Below, one piece after another: positions 42,345 to 55,476 of a stretch of DNA of 64,000 nucleotides (the first letter of the stretch is position 1; every line of letters starts with the position of its first letter). The stretch is from Malacoraja senta (Eukaryota). Both the position numbers and the translations under genes were made by a program. Below the pieces are notes generated by a model that saw only the letters and a list, made by a program, of their open reading frames with translations, did not search any database and was not told the origin of the DNA. The DNA lies in contig CM075988.1 of NCBI GenBank assembly GCA_038087875.1, positions 11,038,001 through 11,102,000 on the forward strand. The letters run 5' to 3'.

Positions 42345-42772
42345 AGAGTCACAGTCCTAGACTGATATAGCATGGAAACAGGCCCTTTAGCTCAACTTGC
42401 CCACACCGGCCAACTTGTCCCAGCTACACTAGTCCACCTGCCCACCTCCCTCCAAACCTGTCCTATCTCCGAATCTGTCCAAATGTTTCTTAATGTTGGG
42501 ATAGTCCCAGCCTCATGTGGCAGCTTGTTCCATACACCCTCTGAAAAAGTAACCCCTCTGATTCCTATTAAATCTTTTCCCCTTCACCTTAAACCTGTCC
42601 TCTGGTCTTCGATTCACCTACTCTATGCCTCTACCCGATCTATTCCTCTCATTATTTTATACACCTCTATAAGATCACCTCTCATCCTCCTGCGCTCCAA
42701 GGATATAGAGACCCAGCCTATTTATCCTCTCTCCTTCGGTCAGTCCCTCTAGTCCTGACAACATCCTCGTGA
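42345..42772 (-). mobile_element. CR1 3' fragment
   Basis: Reverse-complement match to 62170-62575. Confidence 0.8.
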
Positions 42773-43071
42773 AGCCTCTTCTCAATTGAAAGGATCAACG
42801 TGTTCAGAATGCGGCTGGAACTATGGACACTGGCCTTGACTGAAATAGTCATTGATCAATAAACCAAACAGTTTTATGTGGAGAAATAGGTCACTTAAGA
42901 GGCCAGTGATCCCCGCAGGCTATCTGCCGTCTTGCACACAGTTTATAGTAATCGATCCCCTTCCAGAAGAATACACTTGCAATTATTAATTCTTCTCTTC
43001 AACAAAGACAACTTCAAATCCCACAAATATCACCCATCCTGGGAATGAGCTAGGGAAGCAATAGTTAGACT

Positions 43072-43335
43072 GTTTAGTTTAGTTTAGAGATACAGCATGG
43101 AAGCAGGCCCTTTGGGCACCGAGACCACACCGACCAGCGATCCCCGTACACTCACACTCTCCTATGCACTAGGGACAATTTACAATTTTTACCGAAGCCA
43201 AATTAACCTACAGACCTGTATGTCTTTGGCGTGTGGGAGGAAACTGGAGCACCTGTGGAAAACCAACGCATTCTTGGGGAGGACATGCAAACTCCGTACA
43301 GACAGCACCTGTAGTCAGGATCAAACCCGAGTCAC
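43072..43335 (-). mobile_element. V-SINE
   Basis: (GTTTA)n tail, V domain, B-box region. Confidence 0.85.
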
Positions 43336-43799
43336 TCGTGCCGCTCCCAGTACTGCATTACACGTATTTTAAGTTTACATCATGTTCCACCCATTCCAGC
43401 TGGGTAATCTCAAGTTTAATAGTCAAAATATTTGGATTTTTGGAAGATCTTTTGAGAGTCGGATGATTGAAAATCCGTCAAGGCAGCTGCCCTTGTGTGG
43501 CAGGTGTTCAGAGGTCGTTCTACCCTGAGGCTATCATTTCTCTGCCACTGTTAAATGTTCTGTATTAGATCCAATTACAATTAGATAAAATGCCACTGCC
43601 ACAGATTTTATCTCCGATTATTATACATCACAACAAATTGCATAGAGAACCATGTGTGTTTGATTTGTTTAAAACTGCTGGGAATTAATGCCAAGGGTGG
43701 CTTTGAGGTCCATATGTTTTCATCCTTAATAATAACTAATTTTAACAAGTTAATTTCTTGTGGTTTTAACAGATATCTTTTTTACTTCATTCAAAAGGC

Positions 43800-44465
43800 A
43801 AAATATCCATTTGAACCTATCCTTTTCATGGAAGTCCAAATATTTTTCAAACGTTGTGATAGTACGTGCTTCAACTACCTCTTTCTATATACCCACCAAC
43901 CTTTGTATAATAAAAACATTTGCTCCTCGGGTTCCTATTAAATCTTTCCCCCCTCACCTTAAATCTATGTCTTCTGCTTCTTGATTCCCCTACTCTTGGA
44001 AAAGACTCGGTACATTTACCCTATCTATTCCTCTCGTGATCTTATGTACCTGTATAAGATCACCACTCATTCTCCTGCACTCCAATGAATAGTCATAGCC
44101 TGCTCACCCTCTCCCTATAGCTCAGGCCCTGGAGTGCTCGTAAATCCTCGTAAATCTTCTCTGAATGTGGAAACTGCAACAGATGTACAATGTCTTCAAG
44201 GAAAGGATTAGAAAAACAATTTTTTTGTTGTACTTCTGAAGTTAATTGCAGCAAGAATTGCTTCTCAAACGAGACCATGCAGAGATAAATGTTAAACACA
44301 GAAAGCCACACTTTTCAATGAATGGGAAGGGTAATGAATAGGAAAGGTTCTGAAGGATATCGGTCAAACGCAAGTGAATGCGACTTGCGTAGGTGGGGCA
44401 TCTTGGACGTCACGGGTGAGTTAGGCTGAAGGGCTTGTTTTTGTGCTTTGTGATTCTATGTGTCT
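43800..44465. mobile_element. CR1 3' fragments (minus 43800-44165; plus 44330-44465)
   Basis: TATAAGATCACC..CTCCCTATAGCTCAGGCCCT and GGATATCGGTCAAACGCA..GGCTGAAGGGCTTG. Confidence 0.7.
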
Positions 44466-46495
44466 AAGTGTGATAACAATGCTTGACGTACACACAAGTC
44501 ATGGGGTGTCTGATGAGATCCTTGTGCTTGGTCAGATGACGGCCAGTTTGAATGAAGGACTTGTTGAAAATCTCTGTTTGTGAATGAGACCACTTTCTTT
44601 ATGGGGGTCACAATTTACAGAGGATAGGGATTGATGCAGTGAAGTATTAGACGCAACACCTAAAATACAACCGTTGTCTGAAGGTGAAGATGAACTTGCG
44701 CAAATAAAACATGCTTGAAAGAAAGTCAATGCTTGTAGTTGGAGGAAGCTATCAAAGTGACGGGGTCCTTTATTATATATTGACCATTTTTTTGAGAAGG
44801 GAAGGGTAATTAAGTTAATTAAATGAAAGTTAGTGTTTTCACTTACTGTCTATTAATTAAAGCACTTAATGAATGATACCCAATCTTGTTTCACCAATCA
44901 TTGCAGTGAATCAAACTCAAATCATGAGCGGTGCCACACAGTTAGAAATCTGGGCTATGATAACATAGGTTGATATTGTGCGGAACCTTGAATAAATGGT
45001 GTGCAAACTTTATAACTAACCTGCAATTGCAGTGTTTGGACACCTTGGGTGTGATCTCAATTTAGAATGTATCAAAAATTAAAATTATTAAAATTAATTG
45101 TTCAACGCTGATTCTTATGTCAAACATCTTTTTCATCTGACAATATTAATATATTTGGTATTCCTTCCTCACTAATCTAGTTAGCTTATTCTTTTTAAAA
45201 ATGCTTTGAAACAATGTCGGACTTAAGGTCCAGACAAGGGGCAACATTACATAAAAATGCATTGCATATTAAAAACATCATAAACTACATATAAAATGTT
45301 AGTATATCACTTATAAAAGCATCATAAATTATATATTTAAAAAAACAACACAATACATGAATTAAATTCCAGAATAAAAGAATGATCAATGTCCTACAAC
45401 GAGACAACGATACCAGTATACCAGTGTCCCCACAGCTGGGACTAGTAGCATGTAGTTCTAAACCTTATGTTTGACAAGGCCACAATAATCACATTTTTAG
45501 AGTTATTTATCCTGCAAATTAATTTATACATATGATTTCTTAGGATAGCTTCTAAAGTACAGACTCCTGCAGCCACAAACATGTTGCTAGCACCACACCA
45601 TCTAGGTTTCCTTAGCAGTGTTCTCATGGCATCATTATATGACACCTTTAGTCTCTGCAAACTTGTCTTTCCGTAGTTCGACCACAGGTGCGCAGTATAG
45701 AGTGGTGTGCAGTATGCTCTAAATAGCCACATCTTCACCACATCTGTACACGCACCAAACTTACGCAAGAGAGTATTCGCCTGTACATACGGCAATCATC
45801 GTTGCCTATAAATATCCTCATCATCTGTCATTTGTTCTGTAATAAAATGCCCTAGATATTTTACCTTATTACAGACACTAAGATTATTGTCAGACAATTT
45901 AAAATCAGGAAATTTTAGACATTTATCCTCTTTGCTTCTACAGATCATAACAGCACTCTTACAAGCATTATATTTAATATCATGTTTCACACCATACACA
46001 GAACATATAGTAAGGAGTTGCTGGAGACCAGCGCTAGATGGACTAAATACCACAAGATCATCTGCATACATAATATGGTTCACTAAAGTATTACCTATCA
46101 TGCACCCAGTATTACAGTCATTCAATTGTTTGGACAGATCATCAATATAAAGATTAAAAAGGACTGGGGACAAAATTCCCCCTTGTCTAACACCATTGCT
46201 AACCCCAAATGGGGCTATTGCCCCATTTTATTTGCATAGTCTGGTGGGCATACCAGTAGGCCAGAATTCTCACAATGTATTTAGGCACCCCTCTTTGACT
46301 CATTTTAACAAACAGCTTTCTGTGATTAACATGGTCAAAGGCTTTGGAAGCATCAATAAAGCACATAAGGATTGAAGAGTTTTTGCCTCTATATTTGTTT
46401 ACAATCTCCTTTAGGGCATATATGCATAAGTCAGTGCCATGTTTAGCTTTAAAACCAAATTGGTTATCTGTGGAGTTAACAAACTCATTTATTCT

Positions 46496-46545
46496 GAGGA
46501 AGGGTCTGAAGAAGGGTTTCGGCCTGAAACGTTGCCTATTTCCTT
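46496..46545 (+). ncRNA. Minimal type I hammerhead ribozyme motif
   Basis: Helix I GAGGAA-GGGU / GCCU-AU-UUCCUU, core CUGAAGA(A) at 46506-46513, helix II GGGU-UUCG-GCCU, GAAA at 46526-46529, palindromic AACGUU helix III, predicted cut after 46533. Confidence 0.65.
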
Positions 46546-46599
46546 TGCTCCATAGATGCTGCTGCACCCGCTGAGTTTCTCCAGCATTTTTGTGTACCT
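46496..46599 (+). mobile_element. 104 bp Penelope-derived insertion
   Basis: Perfect 11 bp TSD TCATTTATTCT (46485-46495 / 46600-46610); removing it restores the host RT frame VLERVLRDRINEFVNSTDNQFGFK. Confidence 0.92.
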
Positions 46600-46954
46600 T
46601 CATTTATTCTATCCCGCAGAACTCTTTCTAAAACTTGTTTCCAATTTTGACCATTCTCTGGAAAAAATAGTTTACTTCTGAATTCCACGTGGATTCACTT
46701 ATGTGCTGCTTATTTTGTGAGATCCACTCACAATTCCATACATCTGCTCCACACCTGTCTTATCATGATGTCACAATCAGAGTTGGCCTTCATCTAATTT
46801 TGTGAAGAGCCCAAGTCTATTGAATTCTTCCTGAGAGCTTTGGCTCTGATATCTTTCTCAGGAATTTGGTTTGCACCTTCTCCAGTACTTTGAGGTTATA
46901 ATTCCTTTGAAAACAGAACTGATCACAATAGTCTATAGAGTGACATAATTCAGG

Positions 46955-47163
46955 TAGTTTCTACGTTCTACCTGTGACCATGTGTGTTTTCTGCAGGTGC
47001 TCCGGTTTCCTCCCACACTCCAAAGACGTGCAGGTTTGGAGATTAATTGGCTTCAGTAAAAAAAAAGTAAATTGTCCTCAGTGTGTGGGATTGGCCGAGT
47101 GTACGAGGTGATCGCTGGTCAGCATGGACTCAGTGGGCTGAAGGTCTGCGCTATATCTCTGAA
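46955..47163 (+). mobile_element. V-SINE, 5' truncated
   Basis: GGTGCTCCGGTTTCCTCCCACACTCCAAAGACG V domain and CR1-type end. Confidence 0.82.
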
Positions 47164-48197
47164 GTCCCATGAGCTTGCTGGCAACATGTACTTGTATATT
47201 AAATAAGCCCACGCTTCTTTCCCCATCTACAAAGAGTTAAGTTTAAAAACTAAGTTTCTTCCCTAATGCTACAAACAGGGGTTAGTCATTGCACTAGGAG
47301 CCGAGCTATTCTCGGTTGTCTTTTGAAAAACCAAGTTTATCTTTGCTTATTACGATAGTTTCTTGCAGCCTCGTGACCTAGAGCCTCATGGACTATAGGT
47401 TTCAAGGCTTCATGATTAACTTGTTTTTCTAAGTGAGCCACTTGCTTGCTTGCTTACTCAGCTTGGGTGCTATTAGCTGACAAGTCCATTTTGGATGAAA
47501 ATTGTGTTTTAATGGGGCGGTTGGCAGTAGTGGACCAGGCACGTTGAAACTCAGTTTCCTCCTCCTCTGCATTTCCCTTTGCCTCTGCGACAATTTTTTT
47601 TCTTCTGCTGCTCTGTAATGCTGTGGTATCCACACCAGTTTTTTCAGCCAGATCTCTTCCGAATGCCGCAGAATTTAAAACAGAGAAAAATTAAAGGAAC
47701 ACGGAGATTTCTAGATAAGCTGGAAGATGCATATTTGTCACAGACAGATATGTTTGTGAAAATGTAGGATTTGGAAATAAATTATTTTGTTTTTCTTTTC
47801 AATATTTGTCCCAAATATTCCAAAGGACTTGGTTATCTCTGTCAAGTGTAATTGATTTTCATAGCTTAACATTTAAGATAAAGAAAACAAACTACTTTTT
47901 CACTCCAGTTCACTGTCTCAAAATGTCACCGTTATGCTTGTTTTCAGTACAGTGAGAAAAAGCAATGGCCTCCAGGTGTGTACCAGTGACTTGAGTAATC
48001 TTATGTTAGTTTTTCTGAGCTTGGAGCTTGGAACTGATTTGGTCTTTCTTGAGTTTATTAAAATTATTTATTTAATGCAGCAAATGGAATGAGTCTCACT
48101 ATTTAAATGCAAGTCTATTTTAGGGTCCTACCAGTTCCGGTCAATAGTTGAACATGGGTTTCGGCATAAAGAATGCAGCTCTAGCCCATGAGCAAAA

Positions 48198-48336
48198 ATG
48201 TGTAGGAAGGAACTGCAGATGCTGGTTTTTTCAGACTGCTGTGTCTGAAGAAGGGTCTTGACCCAAGACGCCACCCATTCCTCTTCAGAGATGCTGCCTG
48301 TCCCGCTGAGTTCCTCCAGCATTTTGTGTCTATCTT
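48198..48336. mobile_element. Penelope-derived insertion with inverted 5' segment
   Basis: TGTAGGAAGGAACTGCAGATGCTGG (inverted end), then GTCTGAAGAAGGGTCTTGACCCAAGACG plus the family body. Confidence 0.8.
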
Positions 48337-48514
48337 CTGCATGAAGTTGTGGAAACACCATCTTATAAATGAAAAGAAACAATTATGCCATATTACTGTA
48401 TTAAAATCACATTTTTAAATCGGGCTGATAAATAAGGTATTTATTAAAAGCAGGTAAAAAAAAAAACCAAGGACCATTGTTACTAATGAGTAGAAAGATC
48501 ATTTTTGTTTTCAT

Positions 48515-48845
48515 ACACCACCTCTCATAACCTCTAAATTATCTCAATGTTGTCTAGCTTTTGAAGTAATCTCCTTTCCTGCATCAGGAACCCAACAGCT
48601 AATGTGCACAACAAGAATAAATGGAAAAAAAGTTTTGGGGAAAAGAAGAACATTTGGATTTCAGGTATAGCACTAAGGAGGCTTTCTTTCTCTCTTTAGA
48701 ATTTTGATCCAGGATACTTTAATATCCACCTGAGAGGGTAAACAGGATATTAGTTTAACCTTAACAGAGAGTTGTGACCTCTGATTGTGTTGCATTCCCT
48801 CAGTAATCCATTAGAGTATTGCACTAAATTTTAATCTCCAAAATA
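48515..48845 (-). mobile_element. Old DeuSINE (SacSINE1-like)
   Basis: ATCCACCTGAGAGGG..GTTTAAC..CATTCCCTCAGTA..GAGTA..TAAATTTT is the reverse complement of the Deu domain; homologous to 36440-36590. Confidence 0.6.
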
Positions 48846-50124
48846 GAGTATAGAACATAGAACAGTTCAGTACTAGAACAGGCCCTTCAGTCCGCAATGC
48901 ATGTGCTGAACGTGATGCCGACCAACTCTTATCACCCCCGCCCCACACACATAATCCATATTCTTTCATTCCCTGCATATCCATATGCACATCCAAATAT
49001 CTAATTAAATGTCACTATCATATCTGCCTCAACTACCAACCCTCTCAATGGTTTCCAGGCATTCACCACCCTGCCGTGTACAAAAAAAATAACTTGACTT
49101 GCACATCTCCTTTAGCCCCTCTCATCCGGAATATCTGGAATGGGGGTGAGGACGCATTGAGGCATTTGATTTTATGATGGTCTTATCAAGGAGGAGAACT
49201 GACAGCAACTGCAATTTATTTAATATTCGGAAAATGGATTATTTTATTTTGCAGGTGTAACTGCTGATCAAACAGGTTGATGCAGAATTAGCCTGATGAG
49301 TATTGAGCGGTGTGGTACCGAAGCCCTGAATATTTTCCACATTTGCTTGGCAATCAATTAAAATAGCTGATCCTTACAGCGTTTAATGACATGGATGTGA
49401 ATTGAGTGATTTCACCAAGGTTGTGAAGGAAGTGCTCAGTCCATGAAGGCTGCCTTCTGTGAAACCGAACATAATGAAATCAGACCATGTACAATTATTG
49501 TTGTCCATTATCTTTCATGTATTTTGCATGGGGGTGGAAAGACCAAAAGGGGAAAATTATATACAAGGTTAAAAAAAAAACATTGATGCAAATTAATCAT
49601 ATTCTGGCATTTTAGAAAATTGAATTAGTTCATGATTTATTACCTGAAATGGCTACTCCTTCATGCTCATCTCTCCTGTTCTTGATTTATAGGTGGATTA
49701 ATGCCTTCATTTTCACAATAAGGCTGTTGGGAATACCATGGGCCTATCAAGATTAAAACATGTTCAAAAAATAACTAGAAAAGAAAACATGAAGAATAAT
49801 AATGTATGATTGGTTAAGGCCGTTCATCAAATTGTCCCTTTTTCTGACAAGAAAATGTAAATGAGAACCAGTGTTATTCATCTTCTCATCCTCTTCAAAA
49901 AAAATAAGTCAATCGTCCTTGCTTTTGTTACCTATGAGTTTGACAAGCCCATTGCTAACCATATTTATTAGAATATTTACCTGTTTCGTGCCCTAATGAG
50001 AAGTCTCCACACACCTCAGCTAAAAAAAAGCTGCTTTTGAACTTGGCTAAAATAAAAATATGGCAATTCAAAGTATTGGCATTCTTTCATCTTTATTTCT
50101 TTAATTCTTCAGAAAATGCATTCC

Positions 50125-50508
50125 TCTAGATTCAGGAACAGTTTCTTCCCAAGTGCTATCAGGGAACGGAATCACCAACTGGACAGTAGTCTTAATTTAC
50201 CATCCACCTCATTGGAGACCCTCGCATTATCTTTAATCAGACCTTACTGGACTTTATGTGTATGAAAGAACTGTAGATGCTGGTTTAAACCAAAGATAGA
50301 CACAAAATACTGGAGTAACTCAGCGGGACAGGCAGCGTCTCAGGACAAGAGAAAGAATGGGCTTTATCTTGGACTAAATGTTATTCCCTTTATCATGTAC
50401 CTACCCACGGTAGATGGCTTGATTGTAATCATGTATAGTCTTTCCACTGACTGGATAGCATGCAACATAAAAAGCTTTTCACTGTACCTAGGTACACGTG
50501 ACAAACTA
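50125..50508 (+). mobile_element. Rex1/Babar LINE 3' end with a nested Penelope-derived insertion (50258-50360)
   Basis: SRFRNSFFPSAIR ORF end; CTTTAT duplicated around the insertion. Confidence 0.75.
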
Positions 50509-50589
50509 AAAAATCGTGACATTTGACAATATTTTGTTTCATTTTAATTTCATTTTAACTCAAAGGGCTCTTTTTTATATAATAAGTAT

Positions 50590-52270
50590 GGAGGGAGGGT
50601 CAGTTCTGTGTGTTCCAGAGTTGGCAGCATCCAAGATTTCCTAGAAGGTCCTTGTGATCTGGTTGACCTTATTGGCAGTGAAGTATGTATGATTGACTAG
50701 CTTGAAGCACCATGAGTTGGAGTTTGAATGGTGGTTGGAGGCACCATAATGATTCTACAAGACTGAGATTACATGGACGATGCATTTCTAAATACAGTCA
50801 CATTGCAGGTTAACAAACTGTGGTCAAAAAAGAGATGGACAGAATGAGGCAGAAGAAAGGAGGCAAGCAGGTTGTTGGGGAAGGGTCGCATTGCATCTTA
50901 CTTCAGAAGCATTCTCCCATGTTTGAAAAATGGTGGGTACGAATATTGCTTTCGAGCATGTAACCCAACCCAAGTTTGCAGCTCTTGGGGTGGTGAGCAT
51001 TGATAAGGAGAGCAATTGTGATTGGAGTCTTGGCAATAAGAGGATAGTGCGAGGAATAGATGCTTCTGTAGACATGCATATGATTTCAGGATAGTGCATT
51101 GCCTCCCAGGCACCAGGGTCAAGGATGTCACAGAAAGATTTCAGGTAATTCACTTAGAGTTTTGTTGTCCACTTTCATATGATTGACAAAAGTGAAATGA
51201 GGGATGTGATTCTGCAACTTGAAATTCAGAAGCTGGGTAGCAAATTATTTTAAAAAAGCAACAGGACCCATCAATTGTAATATCTCAACTACTTCCAGTT
51301 TCATGTGCTTGTGAGTAAAAGAAAAGGAGAAGAGGTTAATGAGCGTGCGGTTGTAGCAATGGTACAGGAGACGGGGTTTTAGATTATCAGAATCGCCAAT
51401 TCCACTTGTAGGAAAAACAGGGTGAGATTTACACTTGAAATTGAATGTCCAGCCTCCTTGCAGGGGAGGTTGGGGGGGGGGTTAATGGGGGGGGGCTGGA
51501 ATTCTTGTGCTCTTGGTGATAGTAAACCAATTTGGCTTGGGAGCAGGACACAGAATAGCACATTATTGGGCAAGGAAGAGTCAAACATCAAAGGTAAACT
51601 AAATGTTGGCAAAATCTACATCGATAAAATCTACATTACCTGAAAATTGGCATTGTTGTGAATTTAATCTGTGAAAAATTGTGTTTGGCGAGGATGAATA
51701 GGGCAAGCATGTAGATATGAATGGTAGGATATTAGGAGTACTGAAAGACAGGGAAACTTGGTGTATATGTCCAAACACCCTTGAAGGTATGAATTAGGAC
51801 ACAGATGGAATATTGTGATCAGCAAGGGCGAGTTACCAGAATTTTGTCGGAGATGGGATTTCATTGATGAGAGAACGAGTGGGCTTGATATGTTTTTTTT
51901 TGTAGTGGAAAATGGTGAAGAAGGACCTGATTGAAGCATACAATATGACAGTCATTGATAGTGCAGACAGTAAGAATGTGTCCCCTTAGCAGAGGAGTCT
52001 AAGACTAGAGGACATGTGGTGTAAGCTAAAGGGCAGAAGATTTAGAAGGGAATTGAAGATTTTTTTCACCCACATGGGAGTTTGAAATCTCGAGCATTTC
52101 CTGAGTGGTCAGGGGAGGCAAGTGCGCTCATTACATTTAAGAAGTGCTGAACTTCGCAGTTCATGGCGATGGTAGACGATGAACAGAGTGGTGGGAAATG
52201 GACTTAGTCTAGAAGGGTAGTTGATTACCGATGGTGTCTCTGGGCTGAAAGAACCAGTTTCTGTGATGCT
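50590..52270 (+). mobile_element. Old degenerate CR1 with ORF1 esterase remnant and 3' end
   Basis: GNKRIVRGID and RIVHCLPGTRVKDVTE at 51030-51135 (cf. GDSIVRG..VCCLPGARVxDV); ORF2 end SKTRGH and 3' UTR at 51860-52270. Confidence 0.7.
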
Positions 52271-53066
52271 CAACACCAAATTATTCACGTTTTATCAAAG
52301 AATTAACACAGAAATTTAAAGACATAACACATAGATGGTAAGCAACATTGGAAGAGGTTTTGTTTAGATCTTCATATTAAATAGCATTTGCAAGGAGGGT
52401 TTCACAGATTTTAATGTCATCTATTGGAACACAAAATTAACAGATGATAAAAGCAAGGATTTTGATAAAAGGATTTTTTCAGTCAAGCATGTATTTCAAG
52501 TTTGCTGGCATGTAACTCCCTAATTAAAGAACAAGAAACACTTCACAGAGAATTTGTACTACAAAACTGCAGCTTTAAGTGTTTTGGCTATTTCAGTCTT
52601 AGCTTGTCTCTATTAATTGGTAGAGGAGTCTCCAAGTGGTAAATTGTCAGTGTAGTCTAGGAACATTTTTAGAAAATGCAAAGATTTACTGCTACCAGGT
52701 GATTGGTCATGACTACTAGCTTGGATAGGGTATCTGTTTTTACCTGTTATGTGACACTCCTGTTGTTTGAAAAAAAAAGACTCCAAGCCTCCTTCAAGGA
52801 GAAGGATTGCACTGCCAGTTCCTTCAGTGTTAGCATCCCATTCACCAATTGTATCCGTGCTTGGACAACTCAACTGAATCCCAAACCTGCAAAATTGTGG
52901 TTTTAATATTCAAATATCTGTTATCAATACCTGTTATCAAATCTCCAAAATGGCCCTTGTCCATCCCTTTCTCTGCACCCCCATCCAGCCTTCTCCCAGT
53001 TTCCTGCTCTTCTCCAATTGTTGCTTGACCATCAATGGATCCAAAATCATGGAATGCTTTATCCAG

Positions 53067-53345
53067 AGTGGTGCAGCTGACAGAACGTCTGCCTCACAGT
53101 GCTAGAGACCCAGGTTTGATTCCGACCTCGGTGCTGCCTGTGTGGAGGTTGCACATTCCACCTGTGACCATGTGGGGTTTTCTCCAGGTGCTCTAGTTTC
53201 CTCCCACATCGCAAAGATGTGTGGGTTTGCAGGTGAATTGGCCTAAAAATGGGATGACATCAAACAGCTACTAACGGTTGTTCGATGGGCAAAGGTAGAC
53301 TCGGTGGGCCAAAGGATCTGTTTCCATTCTGTTTTTTCAATCTAT
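53067..53345 (+). mobile_element. V-SINE variant
   Basis: tRNA head GTGGTGCAGCTG..GGTTTGATTCC, V domain, CR1-type end, CAAT tail. Confidence 0.8.
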
Positions 53346-53744
53346 CAATCATTTCACCAAAAGAACTGCAGAGTTCATCACTATTTTCTGAAGGATCAAT
53401 TAGAGATGACAATAACTGCTTGTCTTTCCATAGATATCCATTTCTCAAATAATTAATGCATTTTTATTTTTATAAATTCCTCTAACCATTTCTTCATCTG
53501 CGTAGATCATTTGTTCTCCTACACATACCCTTGAATTCTCTGTTCTGATTTGGCATGATATTTAAATCCAATGATTATGATTAAGACAGTCTAATTTTTT
53601 GCTGCACGGTAAAATGTCAGAATGTTAAAAGTGCAACGTTAATATCAAAAACCAACATCTGAACCATTTAAAAACACCTGGACAGGTGGATTGGAAAGGT
53701 TGGGAGGGATATGGGGCAAGAGCCAAGTGGAACTAGCTCAGTGA

Positions 53745-54582
53745 TGGGCCTGCCCCACATAGGCGCATTTTTAGGCGAGTGCAGGAGACTCCACGCTCGC
53801 CACATGGTCGCCACATGTTCGCTGATGGTCTCTGGTGAGTCTCCTTCATGGTCGTGAGGAGTTCCCGTATTCTGGGAACTAGTCGCGGCCTCAGTATGGT
53901 CGCCGCAAATTTTTCAACATGTTTAAATTTTTTCTGCCACCAATTATTGGTCGCCATGGAGAAAATCGATAATCCTGTAGTTGTAGGTGCAGTGGTAGTG
54001 GGGTCGGCATGTAGGTATAGGTAGTCGTTGGTAGTTTTAGTTAATCGCCTTTGCTGACCGGTCATTTTCATTGGCTCATTGGGGGAAAAAAACGTAAGCA
54101 GGAGTTTTCAGAACCAAGGATAACGGACCAGTAATGTTAAACTTCACAGCTTTGTATCTCTGGCTTATTAAAAGTTGTCTGCTTCTTAAAAGTTCTCACC
54201 TCCTTTTCCCCCCTCTCCTCCCCCCTCTCCTCCCCCCTCTCCTCCCCCCTCTCCGCCCCCCTCTCCTCCCCCCTCTCCATCCCCCCTCTCCATCCCCTCT
54301 CCCCCCTTTTAAAGGACTTACCGTACACTGTGCTAGCCATCTTAATTACAGCTCCAACCATCCTGTTCATCGCGGTGTGTGTCTGTATCACCTTGGCTTT
54401 GTACCATGTGAATTTCAGACAGCGCTCCCCCGTTTGCCCTGGCCACCGCCTTTACGATGTGTTTGTATGTGTGTGTTCTACTCTGACAGTCGCCGTTCTA
54501 GTTCCTGGTTTTTCAGGCGACTGCCGGGAACTTGACATTCGCCGGCAGTCCGCTGAAAAATCGCCAAAGTGGGACAGGCCCA
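53745..54582. mobile_element. PIF/Harbinger-type MITE (838 bp)
   Basis: TIR TGGGCCTGCCCCACATAGGCG / CGCCAAAGTGGGACAGGCCCA; flanks TGA / TTA; internal C-rich minisatellite at 54205-54306; sits at the end of a CR1 3' UTR piece. Confidence 0.82.
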
Positions 54583-55476
54583 TTAGGTTCAATGATGTGG
54601 TCTCTGACTCAATATAACAGTGAAAGTAGGTTTCCCCAATGAGAAAGTGGGCCAAACATTTTCAAGTGACACACAATGCAGACACAGGGATCTAGCTTGA
54701 AGGGATAATTTGCATGTAACAGGATAGTTTAAGACAAAAGAGTGTTTCTCTTTCAGAAAATAAATCAGAATTGTGCAAATCAGGATAAAAACAAATGTCC
54801 CACTAGAAACTCCTCTTGGTGATGCCCCTCCCTCTTCCAATCCCCCCTGTGGTAAGCTAGAAGACTGAGGCAGCAGGGATGATTGTAAGGTAGTCCATGC
54901 AGCCATCTCTGTCGCAACCGGAACCTGGATTTGGGCAAGACGATGATATATGGAAGAAATACACGGTGAGGGTGAAGGGAACTGGAAGAATTAAATAATA
55001 GAACACATCATAAGTGATATGGAAGGCCCCCAGAGCAGTGCAGAAATTGGAGGAACCATGCTTGCTCCTCGTATTAATGCTCCTCATATGAAATGCCTTC
55101 ATGAACAGAGGGGTGCTTTATGCATAAGGCCACTCGACTCCAAATATAAGGCTATGGTCTGTAAACCCAGTGAAAATCATGCAAGGAGGTTGATGTGAGA
55201 AGCGACTGATCATGTAGCTTCTCATCTTAATAGAGTAGGAGTATGTGGTACAGAATGGTGAGGTGGATGGACGTCCTTTCCCTTGAAGTGAAACATTGAT
55301 GGAATAAATATGTTTCATTTTGCCCTTTGAAAAAACACTGAGTGACTCCCTTATACAATATCAGTACCAATGAGGAATGTTTTGGTTAGTAAATCTGTCC
55401 AGCGGTCAAGGTGTTACTGGGACCAATTACGGCTAATTGGATCAGTGCGAGAGGAAAGCTGACCAGAGGTTGCAAC

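Larger units (their letters stand above)
45215..46637 (-). mobile_element. RTE-X-like non-LTR retrotransposon, 5' truncated, disrupted RT
   Basis: QFGFK..FIDASKAFD..GVRQGGILSPVLFNLYIDDL..YADDL..KYLG..LFRAYCTPLY..LW; one in-frame stop at 45796-45798, a frameshift near 46200-46225, an insertion at 46496. Confidence 0.85.

Noticed and set aside
49290..49372. CTGATGA..CGAAG / CTGA as a hammerhead or C/D snoRNA
   Set aside because: No GAAA, no helix I or III, and no terminal stem or C' box
55118..55318. RSYMISRFSHQPPC resembling a PLE RT segment
   Set aside because: Similarity too weak to support
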